NCBI GenBank assembly: GCA_965113315.1 | Contig: OZ220370.1 | Length of the DNA: 64,000 nt | From: Podarcis vaucheri | Lineage: Eukaryota | Direction: 5' to 3' (one strand) | In this document: positions 1 through 46,400 of the stretch, piece after piece | How the letters are laid out: the number at the start of each line of letters is the position of its first letter | Position numbering within the stretch: position 1 is the stretch's first letter | Made by a program: the position numbers and the translations under genes | Notes under the pieces: generated by a model | Databases searched by the model: none | What the model was told of the DNA's origin: nothing | Seen by the model: the letters and a program-made list of their open reading frames with translations, nothing else

Positions 1-92
1 AACAATGGGAGTTTTGAACACTGGAGATAGGAGCATACCCTTAAGTGGTTTCTAGTGCCACAACAGAATAGTTTTCAAAACAAAATACTTAC

Positions 93-33968
<33,876 letters not shown>

Positions 33969-35717
33969 TCCCCGAGGAGCCTCCCGCTCGGTTAACTGTG
34001 GGGCTCCGGCAGCCTGCGAAGTCGCTGGGCGGCCGACGTAGTCAAGGCGGGAACTGCGACTGAGGCGCTTCGGAGACGGAAGGCTCGGCGGTCCCGCCCC
34101 TTCCTCCGTCACTTCTCCTCCTCCTCCGCGAGGGGCGGCGCTGAGATCTGAGGCGATGTCGGAAAGCCGCTTCGCCCGCCGCCAACCGAAGCGGTCGGCG
34201 TCGCCTCAGCTCCGCCTTAGGCCCAGCCCGAGTTGGTCGCCTTTTCCTGTGAGGCGGAGCTGCGGCCCCGTCACGCCACCTGCGCGCCCGCCCAAGAAAC
34301 GCGTCCGGCTGCCCCAGGAGTAACCGGTTTCTCTGGTGTCGCTGGCACGAGTTTGTTGCCGTCCCTGAACGGGTTAGGCCGCAATCCAAGCTATGTACGC
34401 TTTACATGGGAGTAAGGCTTTAACTCGGTAGGGCCTGCTTCTGCGCTGACGCGCCCAGCGGGAATTCCTGTTTCGCCTTTTGGAGTTTTAACTCCCAAAC
34501 ATGTTTACTCCGAAGAAAATCCGGCTGTAATCTGTAGGCTTCCCCTCCTGGCAAACGTCCTTGGGGATTGCGCCATGAAAGCTCATAAATGTGATGGGCG
34601 TCTGTCCAGGCATATGTTTGTAGCTCCAGTTTTTCTTCGGTTGCTCCAAGGTTGATTTTATGGCCCTCTCCGTTTCAGGTCCCTATTCCCAGCCTGCAGC
34701 CTCCAAACAGAAAGTGAGAGGTGCAAGATTTTGCCGTCACTGGACAGGCAAGGAAGCATTTCAAAAGCCATTTTGCACATGTTCAGTGAGACTCTTTGAA
34801 AGTCCTTTCTTTCGAAGAACTCTGCACGCGCTCAGAGGGACTAAGCCTAAACATTGCTAACATTTTTCTTAACAAAAGGTGCTATGTTTTAATAGATCTC
34901 ACATATCTTATTAATGCTTAATTGCTTTTAATGTCTCTTTTTTTTAGCTGTAAGCCACCTTGAGACCGTCAGGGAAAAAGGTGGGATATAAATAAACATA
35001 ATATTAATTAGTATCTGAAGAAGTATGCATGCACACAAAAGCTTATACCAGAACTAACCTATTTGGTCTATAAGGTGCTACTGGACAATTATTTTTATTT
35101 TTTCATTTTTTCGACTGCGTCAGACCAACACAGCTACCTACCTGAATCTATAATATGAATTATAACTCCTCTAATAAATGTTGCCAAATGTCCTTTTAAA
35201 AAGTAGTAGGGGGGCTGAACTGGGATCTAAGTTTCACATACAATGTCAGCCCAATTCAGAACTAGAACATTGAAAACAACCGAACTTTTGTTTTATTCTG
35301 GGACTTCTATGCTAATAGTTGCTTTTGTTCATGGTTGCTAATCGTGTTGTGTGCTTGAGGGACCAACATTGCAATGAGTCAAACTATCTCATTTTTATAG
35401 CAAGTCTGTGAACAATGGGTGTGTTTGTCATTAAGCTGAGCTTTATTTAAAATGCGTCATTTCTTGAGGCGCCTAGATTTATTTCTTCCCAACGTGTTTA
35501 CGTGTCTGCCCCATACTGTGTATCTTTGTGGGTGAGGCTCCCACTGAACATAAAGGTAACTGGATCAATGGCTGTGGATCTCCTCATTCACATTTTTCAG
35601 CATCTCTTGATAAGGAAGCGATAAGACAGTGGCTGCCAATGCACGTCTTTAAATCTAACGTGCAACTCACCAAGCATCCTCCCAGGTAAATGTGCATAGG
35701 ACTGTGGCTCTAAGTGC

Positions 35718-36280
35718 CCACCAGGGAAGAATGGCAGATGAAGCTGATGGACTACATGGAACTGGCGGAAATGACTGGCAGAATCCGAGACCAGGGAGAA
35801 GAGTCGGTGGAAGAAGATTGGAAAAAATTTAAAGTATATTTACAAAAACATTGCAAAATTAATGAATGTTAGAAGGATGCTGTAATGAAGCTATATATGG
35901 TTTTAGCAGAAATGTAATAAAGAATTAAGTAAAAGCTGATTTTGATAATGGGCAAAAATGGAAAAAATTTAAGGTTAGACCGTTAAGATAAATTATTGAA
36001 CAAAAATTGAGAAAGATGGAAAGAATTTGCTGAAATAGTGAATTGAACTAGCATACAAAAAAGGGAGGCGTGAGGAGGTCGCTGAAACAAGTAAATGAAA
36101 GGTAAAGATATGGAATATTGGATGTGTGTTTTAGTGTCTTTGTTTCTTTTGCTGTATTGTTGTATTGTTTTTTATGGTTTTTTTCTTTTTATGTATTGTA
36201 ATGTATGTTCTGTTAATTTTTTTATTGTTTTCCTTTTTTCTGTAATCTTTAAACTTTTAATAAATATCATTTTTAAAAAA
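35718..36280 (+). mobile_element. L1-type LINE, 5'-truncated (ORF2 C-terminus, 3'UTR, poly(A)), with a perfect 20-bp TSD
   Basis: PTREEWQMKLMDYMELAEMTG...WKKFKVYL resembles a squamate L1 ORF2 end; AATAAA and A-tail; AGGACTGTGGCTCTAAGTGC at 35698-35717 and 36281-36300. Confidence 0.88.
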
Positions 36281-38424
36281 AGGACTGTGGCTCTAAGTGC
36301 ACATTCCTCTTCATGAAAGTACTTCAGTTACGGTAATTCCCGTAATCCCATTGTGCTATATCAGGTTTTATCAGCCATTGTGATAGTATGGATTTTACTG
36401 GAGTTGCAGCATGGATAAATTCAGCCCAATATGTTGTTGCTGTGGGTGTAAAATGTCTCTGTGTCTGCTGCTGACATGAAGTGGCCTGACAAGTGTTGTA
36501 ATTGTTAGAACTGGGTGACCAAAGCTTCTAATCTATAAATTTGTTTGTAATCTGACTCAGGAGTGGAGGAATGAGTAATCAGGAAAGAATATCTCTGTCA
36601 ATCAGCGGTTCCTATGGGAACCAAAATGTTTTGCAACCTCTCTTAGAGCCAGCTGGTGGTGAAAATATGAATTGCTGAAAAGGTAGATGAGGGTCGATTG
36701 TGATTTTGTTTTTGTTTTAGGGCAACAAAAAACTATATTAACAAGGAACCAAAATCATCCATTTTAAGATATTCTACACAGAATAGAATGCAGCCCGCAG
36801 TGATCCAAATGAAACTACTGTCAATTATGCTGCACAGAAGCAGACCACGAGTCAGTCAGCTATGACTAATTTTCATGTTTAGATGACTTGCAGGATGGCT
36901 AGATGAAAAACCACAGCCAGTTACGCCCTTTTTCTTTTCTTTTTTAGAAAAGCTCATTCAGCAGCTTCCTTTGGCCCAGTTTCTTTCATGATTTGTAAAT
37001 CACTCTCTTTTGTGATTCATAAGCAAGTTTTCATTTTTTAAATTATCAAATGTACGCAACAGAAGCATAATATAGCATTTTAAACTACAGTTTAATAATA
37101 TTATTAATGCAGTTTAAGAAATATTAACACAGTAACATTAACATTAACAGTAACATTAAAATAGGAGAATACAGCTCCCAAACTTACTTAAAAGACCAAA
37201 GTGTGGGATGCTTACTCAAGGGAATTCCCACTTGGGTGAATTATTTGTGAGTGGAACAGATGTGTTTTCAAGTATATGCACCAGTTTACTACATGAAACC
37301 ACTAGCTGAGATGCTTACTTGCAGGTAGATCGACTTGAAGGTAGGTATGTTGGGCTACTGCAGCAAACAACAGGTGGGGCACTTCGCTCTTAGCTTGGTG
37401 TTTAAAGTGCAAATTGGGGCACTTCTGCAAGCCACATACATATTCACAAGGAAGAAAGTGACTCAGGCTACTGAGGGCGTGTGTGTGTGTGTCTGTGTGT
37501 GGTGTTTCCCCATTAATGGTTCCCCATTTGCAGAATGAGCTGCATTTATTTCCCTCATTATCAACTTCCAGGAGGCATTAAAAAACTTTCCTTTTTACCA
37601 GGCCTTTGATGGCTGAAATATACTGTTCCTGGCAACTTTGAAATTGTTAGCTGTGAGAATATATGGTTGTTTTTAGATTTTAAAATTTGTATTATTTTAT
37701 AATTAGTGTACCACCCTGATCTCCTTTGTGAGGAGATTTAAGTTTAATAAATAATAATAAAACATGCCGTATTGTGTTTTTAATATTCGGTTGGAGGCCA
37801 CCCAGAGTGGCTGGGGAAACCCATCCAGATGGGTGGGGTATAAATAATAAATTATTATTAATTATTATTATTATTAATCATCCACCCAGATATTTAAAGG
37901 AAGATTGCAGGATACTTTTCAAGATACTGACTTTCTCTTAATGGAAATCCAGAAGTGGATGAATACCAGAAGTGGGTTGGATGAATACCAACCCGAGTTT
38001 CAAGTTTAGAATGAAATTTCAAAATAGAGTAGCTGCTAACAGAAGTAGGTGTTAGTAAATCAGGGAACTGTCCTATTCAAATAAAGTTTCTATTAGATTC
38101 ATATTCAGTCTGCAATACTAAACGCCTCTCAGCGTCTGAATATAAAAAAGCAAAGACAAGCTAAGCATTATTTTAATTTTAATGATTACATGGGAAAGTA
38201 ATCTGAGAAAAGAAGCTGAATTGTACATAATTTAGCAAAGACACCGCACTATGCAAAGGCATGAGAAAAATAATACCGAAATGGGAAAATATCCTGGAGC
38301 AAGTTCCTATCTCTGTACACGATCATGTATCGCTAAGAGAAACAGCTACATTTGCATCATCTTTGGTTAGACTGTCACGAGCGGAGTCCAACTGCTGTTC
38401 AAACACTGCAACATTTTGACAGTA

Positions 38425-38639
38425 CAGTGGTACCTCAGGTTAAGAACTTAAATCATCCTGGAGATCCATTCTTAACCTGAAACTGTTCTTAACCTGAGGT
38501 ACCACTTTAGCTAATGGGGCCTCGCACCGCCGCCACCCAATTTCTGTTCTCATCCTGAAGTAAAGTTCTTAACCCAAGGTACTATTTGTGGGTTAGCGGA
38601 GTCTGTAACCTGAAGCGTCTGTAACCCGAGGTACCACTG
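38425..38639. mobile_element. Tc1-mariner (pogo/Tigger-like) MITE, family A
   Basis: TA-CAGTGGTACCTC...GAGGTACCACTG-TA. Confidence 0.9.
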
Positions 38640-40594
38640 TATCCTCTCATTTCCATTGGCAGTGTTTAAAGGCAAGAGAAATGTTTCTGTGGGTGCTTCC
38701 ACACTTGAGGTGGAATTCAGCGTTGTACTTGGGCAAATGTTCTGTCTCCACAAGTACTTCAGCTTGCCAGACAGAACAATGCCCCCTCTTTTCCCCCTGT
38801 GTACTGCACTGGGGGTTCTCCTGATCCCATCCACCCCAAGGCAATTTCAGGGGGTGGGGAAAGCAAGTGGAAATCCTTGCCCAGGGCTTCTGCTGGCCAG
38901 TATTGTTGGGTGAATCCTGCCCTATGCATTTACTCTGGAATTGCCACTCTTGGTTAACTCACTCTTTACAGGGAAGCTGCATGATATCGTCATCAAATAA
39001 TATTGCTGCTCTTTCCTCCCCAATGCATGCTTCTATTTTGTCTCAAACCTTAGAAAAAATGCAACAGCATTATTTTTATTGGTATTTTCCTTCCTCTCCT
39101 AACATGGCTATGTCATGCCCACTAGCGTACATGGAGCATAGCTGGATGTATGTACACAAATACAATCCTCTATCTCCAGAACTACAGAAGTCAGTTGCAA
39201 TTCTGCACATAGCTTACAGTGAAAAGAGACATGTCTGGGTAGAGAGGGCAAGAAGTGGCCAGTCTGGAATCAATTTACACTTTAAGTCACTGGAAGGAAA
39301 TGTGATTATGATATTTGACGTAGTAAGCACAGCTTAATCCAAGTTCATGTAATGTTGAACTACACAAAATTTATTGTAGAACTATAAAATTACACCTGGA
39401 TATATCTTCCTTTAATTCAAGCATTATAGGCCAGATGTTTTAAATGAATCATTTGTATCTTGCAAAAAATAATGCTAAAGGTTGTCACAAAAGGAATGAA
39501 GCTCCAGATTTTGTAATATAATTTAAGGCTTCACAGGTATACCATAAGACTGACTACAACACCATCTTAACTAGCTACACTTATATCAAAACACGACACT
39601 ATAACCAGGGTTGTTCTTTTTAACCAAGCAACATTCTATATCATACATAAATATGTTTTAACTGTTTTGTATTATGGTGGTGTAAGCCACTTTGAGACAT
39701 TTTCTGTATAAAGCAATGGATAAATGCAACAAATAACAATATGCCAGAAATAATGTCATAGAAATACTTTGGTACTCAGCATAAGTTGCCTTCTCAAACC
39801 ATTATATAACAGTAGACAAATCTTCCTTCCATACCAGTGTTAAGCATTGGCATACCTGCTGCCTGGAGAAATAAAATTTGACATTTTCAGCAATCCTGGC
39901 ACCCTCACTACCCCTGCCAAACTCCCTAAGGTAAATGGGAGGGCAAGAGGCTTTAATTCAGCAGCTTTTAAAGGAGAATTAACCCAGACACAAACATAAA
40001 CAAAACAAAACAAAACCCCAAAACATTAAACTATGTATCACAGTATTAATGGTAACACACACAAGCAGCTTGCTTTTATCTTGTGCTAAGCTTAGTGCTC
40101 CAAAACTTTTTAAAAACCACCATCAACAGCATATTATTAGAAAAGTGCATTCTCTGTGTTTGCAATTCATTAGAGCCTTGCTTCACCACTTCTTTCCCTT
40201 CCTCCTATAGATCAGACTCTTTGTTTTGCAACAGCTATCATCCTTGAAGTCTACAGCATACGTCAAAATGACTCAATACTGTTGAGCAACAGCAAAGTGG
40301 GTTTTTTAAACGTTTTTATTTACCAAGGTAACAGTGAAATATTTCAGCTGAATTTTGAGCCTGCAGCCTTTGCAAATGGTATTTTGATTTCCCTTGGCCC
40401 TGAAAATATGTCCACTCTGACACAAGCAACTGAGTAGCATGACTTCTAACAAATTAGAGAAGCACAAAAGACCCTCAATGGTTGGCACCTAGTTATAACT
40501 AGCAAGAACTGGCATATTAACATAGCAGTTCACAGGGAAAGATAATAAACAGAGTCTCTTTATATTGACAGCTGGGATAACGTTTCAGTCATAT

Positions 40595-40630
40595 TGCACC
40601 TGGAGTTATCAATGCACCTGGAGTTATCAA
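40595..40630. repeat. Exact 18-bp tandem duplication (TGCACCTGGAGTTATCAA x2)
   Basis: Read directly. Confidence 0.9.
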
Positions 40631-43119
40631 TCCTGACTATGCTAGAAAAATAGGCTGTTGCAAATTATCAGACATAAGGATTTTTTTAGCACCACATATT
40701 GATGTAAAGGCTCCTATGCCATTGGTTTGTATCTGTTCAGCAGGATATCTGTGCTGCTCTGGTTTCTGAAGGAAGTCCAATTCACAGGAGCTGATAAATA
40801 CTAAAGATGATTTATTTATGCTGTGCATGTTTCTAGCACCTTTATGGTAGACTCTCGTGCCTAAAATATGTTACAGGCTTGGTGACTGTCTCTAGTATTT
40901 CCTTCAACTGACCCAGATAGAGAAATGTATCAGTCCAGTACAAAGCTATTGATGGTTAATAGCTTTAACAGCTAAACTTTATAATAGTGTATACTTTTAT
41001 GTAGGCTAGGTACACAATACCAGTTTTAAAATGCAGCAAGATTGTTTTCCCTGCTGCGTTTCAAGTTGCTTTTGTTTGGTGTTGTACACACCAGTCGAGT
41101 TTGATGTGTTCCTAAGTCACCCGCTGTCTGTCCACACAAATGGGCAGAGAGGACACAGCGAAGCAATCTCTTTGGAACTCCTATTCATTAAGCAATCATC
41201 TGCACACATTCAATTGCTTTCTCAACTGCATACTCCTCAGCTGAACTGCGAAGTGACTGTACCTTAAGTTTTCAGCTTGGATGGAAGCTGGTTCAAGGAA
41301 AACACATTAAACAGCAGGATTTCTCAATAAATTTCGGGATAGATATGAATTGTGGCTAATGTTGTGTGTACACGGCTTTAAAAAACCAGCAATGGGGATG
41401 CAGAGTAAACAGTAATGTATACACAGTCCTGACTCACTTAGAGGTTTGTTTGTTTTTTATAGAAGTGCTCTGTAAATTTTGTTAACTAACTAGAATGTCA
41501 CTGTTCAGAGATAGCATGCCCCTGAATACCAATGGGGGACAACAGTTGCCATCAAGTGTGTTTCTAGGAACAATTTGGCTGGCCAGTGTTGGAATAAGGA
41601 CATTATGTGGGCTAGATAGACCCTTGGTTTGATCCAACAAATATAATCTTAACTGTATTCTTTTACAGAGTAATAGGCTTTCATTACTCACTTTGTTCTT
41701 GGGATGTTCCAAAGGACTAACAGGCACACACAGGATTGGCTTCAATGTACTGCTAGTTTCACTCGAACAATGGGGCTTTGCCCTCTCTCCTTCCTTGCAT
41801 GCCCCCCAATCCTGCTCTGGGGTTCCCCAAGCCTCCAGAGCAGATTAGGGGGCGAGGAGGAGAGTTTTGCTTGTTCACAACAACTTAGTTGAATCCCAGC
41901 CACAGAGCCTTATTCCATATTATAGTAGCGTACTTCCCTCCCCCTAACAGTCAGTTAATCATACAAATCCTGAATGCTTGCATCAATTTTAAATAATTAG
42001 TATGTGAAATAAAATTTATCGTTTTGCCTGCTTTAAGTATCTCATCCCAGAATGAAGGCAAATCTTTTCAAAAATTGATTTAAATTGCATAGAACATGTG
42101 TTTGCTAGCCTTTCCTGCATGGTTGGGCTTCCTAGCGTATTATTGTGCTTGCTCAACATAGTTCCAAAAACCTTCTGGGATCCAACAGTAGACAAACCAG
42201 TTGAGTAAGGGCTTAACCATGCATTATGCTTTTCTTAGATTTAGGAAAACTTAATACGCATTGTTAACCATACTTGGATAAATAATTTGAAGGGCAATAT
42301 ACAAACAGATGCAAAGCTCCATGAGATATGCATTAGATAGATAGATAGATGACAGACAGACAGCATCTCTATATAGGAAGATAGGTCTTGAATAAATAAA
42401 TGGAAAGCATCATTAAGTAGGCAATAAGAAATCTGTCTAGAGATCACCACTAGGTACTTACGTGTGTAGTAAGAATATAATTTAGGAAGTGAGCCTTGGT
42501 ATTAAAGAACGCTAATAGCTATATCATCCCAACATGATAGGGGCTGGCAGCCTGCAGCCCTAGAGCTGCATGTGACTCTGAGCCTAATCACAGCAGCTCT
42601 CTTCTCGGTGTTCAATTCAGCAAGAGGAAGCTGTCCCTCTCCTGTCAGCCTACTGGGTAGACAGGAAGACAGACCCAAGGGGGTGGCACCCACTTTGGGC
42701 TTTGCTCCCTCCCTGCCAACATCTTCCTTACCCCCCCAAGCACCCCCAACCCTGCCCCCCTGCACTGTGACAACTACAATCTAACATGTGATGTGTGCCT
42801 TAGCAGGGGAGTGCTGCTGCAAGTAACTGAACATCCCACATTTTTATCAGAAACCTTTATGACACCAGTGAGCAAATGGCCTAATTGGTACCACGACACC
42901 AATGGGCTATAAAAGGAGGCTTGAAGCACTATGAGAAACCAAACTGCTGGTGCCCCCATCTGTGCCATCTGCAGACCCTGAGAAGGGCTCAGACCAAACT
43001 GGACTTGCCAGAGCACAACTAAAAAGACCTGTGCAACTTTTGATAAGAAACAGGAGGTTTACTTCAAGGAACAGATAATGCTACAGCAAAGGAATATTTC
43101 TCTGGAGCAGAAAAAGACT

Positions 43120-43125
43120 TTATTC
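43120..43125 (-). terminator. Candidate proximal poly(A) signal (AATAAA) for ANKRD29
   Basis: First minus-strand AATAAA I found after the stop, about 250 nt downstream; motif evidence only, and distal sites exist (e.g. 40315-40320). Confidence 0.4.
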
Positions 43126-43373
43126 AGGAAAGCCACTTAGCGACCCAGTCTTCCCTGCATCTGAAGCCAGAGACAAAAATCTGGTGAGTGCAGTGGTGTT
43201 AGGACCTTAGCAGTGCCACTCCATGGAGAACCCTGACCTTGTTCACAGTGGAAGAGTCAGGGCATGTTGCTTGAGTCTCAGCAAAACATTTCCAGTTCTG
43301 CAGGATAACTAGCTTTGCTTGAGGGCGAATGTGGGCAGGGCTCATTGGCTCTCTCTTGAGATGCAAAGCTGTA

Positions 43374-43457
43374 TTAGCTCTTTCGGTGCTTTTCTCTGGT
43401 CTGCAGAAGCCGTAGGATGCGCTCGTTTTTCGTTAGATCTGAAGGCAATTCATTTTT
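43374..43457 (-). CDS. ANKRD29: ANKRD29 exon 10 coding part (KNELPSDLTKNERILRLLQTREKHRKS*)
   Basis: 84 nt including TAA, CAG| acceptor. Confidence 0.94.
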   Translation of the reverse strand, partial: KNELPSDLTKNERILRLLQTREKHRKS

Positions 43458-46400
43458 CTGGAAACAAGACACAAGTTGGTTGGAAACCATAGAAAGGACT
43501 TTCACCATCTGGTTCTCATGCAGCAAACTTCAAGGAACATCACCCAAAGGAGCATCGGCATTCAACATTCTGCACTGAGCTACATTCAACTGTCGACTCA
43601 TGTACTTCTCATCAGAAAATATACCAATGCTGCATTACTGAGCCTTTAAGCAGGCTTGTTTAACAGGGACTATAATTCAAAGTTGGCTTGTGAGGAATTA
43701 CTTAGATTAGGGTGGCTAACGTGGTCCTCGGGTTGTTGCTCGACTACATCCCTGACCACTGACCATGGTGGCTGAGGCTAGGGCCAATGCCATTTGAAGG
43801 ATTCTGCACTTCCCATCCCCAGGGGAGATCCAAAGGGGTCTTCAGCAAGCTACCCCATCATATTCTAGTGATTTCCCTGGGCTGCTGCAGGGCAGCGATT
43901 CTGCTTCAAGGAGCACATCAAGACACTGCAAGGAGTGCAAGTTACTGCCTTTCATTTTCTGGCTTTTAAGTTGAAAGAAAATGAGTCAAAAAGGTTCTAC
44001 GATGTGGTGAACCTGTGGCCATCCACACCTTGTTGGATTCCAACTCCCATCAATCCCAGCCAGCTTGAGCAATGGTCAGAGCTGGTGTTCAGCAACATCT
44101 GGAAGACCACATGTTCCCCATCCTTGCTCTATATGCTATGTTGCAGGGATGAATGACTATTAAACATAGATTTATTTCCAATAAAATCATGATTACTGTC
44201 TTTGGAACTCATGAGAGCAGGATCAGCTGACACTCAAATTTACATTCAGGCTTCAGTAGCATCTAGATCTGTAATGAATTGACTTTGGGCTTCCCTTGAG
44301 GAGGAAAAATACTATATTGGTCTACACAGATTTGTATTCTAGTATACTGTGGAGGCTCCAGTAAGTTTAAAAGAGGCGGTGGTGCAATTCTGTAATGACA
44401 GAAATGTCCAGAAAACCTTATGCCCAAAGAGATTTGTTAGTCTTTAAAGGTGCCAGTTGAAACTTGGATGATTTTGCTGCAACAAAAGTGGGATGAAAGT
44501 GGTTGCCGCAAACAGTTTTTCCCAAGAGTTGTGCTGCCCTCTAATGGAAATACACCATATGGAGAATTTATTCTCTGTTTTTGTTCCTAATGTAAAACTT
44601 CAGGCTAAAATTACTAAGAATTTCTATGAAGAGATTCATTCAAAGACGGAGACTTCCCTAAGAGTTTCAAAGGTCTGACAATCTTAAAACAAAAGTACAT
44701 TACCTTGTTCCTAAGGAGCGGATCTGCTCCCGCTTCTATGAGTAGTGCTACTGCTTTAGCACTGCCCCCAAGAACAGCTGCATGGAGAGCTGATGTTCCA
44801 TTCTAGTATATACAAAAACACAAAATATATCTATATGCAGATGATGTTGCTAACAACAACAACAATAATAATACGTAACTTTTAAATCTCAGGTCTCTTA
44901 ACAGTGACGCAGCCTTTTTCAACCATTTCCAACAGATGGGTGGGCATAAGAAGACTTTAACCCACCTGAGTTTGAGACATGGCATATGTCAGGCTTCCTC
45001 AAACGCAGCCCTCCATATATATTTTTGGCCTACAACTCCCATGATCCCTAGCTAGCAGGACCAGTGGTCAGGGATGATGGGAATTGTAGTCTCAAAACAT
45101 CTCGAGGGCCGAGTTTGAGGAAGCCTGCATACATAATAGGGAAAAGACCCAGGACCCTGTTCTGATTTATATTAACATCTCTATATTAGAAAAATATTTG
45201 AAATAACTTAGGATTTTGAGTCAAACTGAGCAATCTTCTGTGAGAGTCGCACTGAAATTAGAGCTCCCACAGCATCCAAGAGAACTATGGTTCTGAGCAT
45301 CCCAAATATTTTCTCAGTACTTGCCTTCAATAAACCAAGTGTAGGAGAGAATTTAAGCAATTCCTCTATAACATCACTATATCCTTTGTTCGCAGCTTTA
45401 AGTAAAGCAGTTGTGCCATCCTACAACAGAAAGGAGGAGAGAGAAGAAACATGAATTGAAGATGACCATTTGTCCTGTTTTAGACTTGTTCTTGTATAGA
45501 ATTCATAAGGGAAGGGTCCTCCCATTCATTATAACCCATTTAGAGCATGTTATTTCTCCCATAAGCAGGCTTTGAGTGTCCTTACTGTACATGAAGCCCT
45601 TACTGCATGTAGCAGCAGTGCTTTTATGACATCCATACCCTAGCTTTGCAGACTTCGATGTTTAAAAACATTGTCATTGAAACATTCCTAAGATTGTGAT
45701 CCTATAGTCACTTAATCTAGGAATAGGTCCTATTGAACTGAGCTAGCATCGCCATTCAGCAAACTGAAGCAACTGGCTCAGGTGGTAAGGCTGGTTAACT
45801 TGGGCTTGCCTTCCCTGGTATAGCATGGCATGCTTGCTGCCATCAGCAGCCCTCTCCCTCCTTGCTCCCTGCCTCTCTCAATAAAGGTTCAGGGGCAAAG
45901 CATTCCTTGGAGTAAAGCATTCTAGGAGCGATGGCTGAGACTCCCTGTGCTCCTGCTGCAGTTTACTACCTAATATTATTAGGAAAAGGTTTAGAATTAC
46001 TGTACAATTTCCCTCTAAATAGGGCTTCAGCAGCAGCGAACCATAGCAGTGCCATGAGCAGTCTCGCATCCAGCATGCCCAGAATGCTTCACTCTAGGTA
46101 GGACCTTGGAGCGGGGAGGTGGAGGGCCTTGCCACTGCTTAAGCAGCAGCAAAATAAATATTAAGTAAGGTTGAAGAGCTACAAACTCTTCTCAAAGCTA
46201 CAAACTCTTCTCGAAGCTACAAACATGAGTCTGACCAAACTGTGGAAGGCAGTGGAAGACAGGAGTGCCTGGCGTGCTCTGGTCCATGGGGTCACGAAGA
46301 GTCGGACACGACTAAACGACAACAACAAGGTTGAAGAGGAGAAAGGGAGAATTGCTACTACCCCTTCCTTCTTTTTATGGCACCAGCTCTGCCTGCTATT

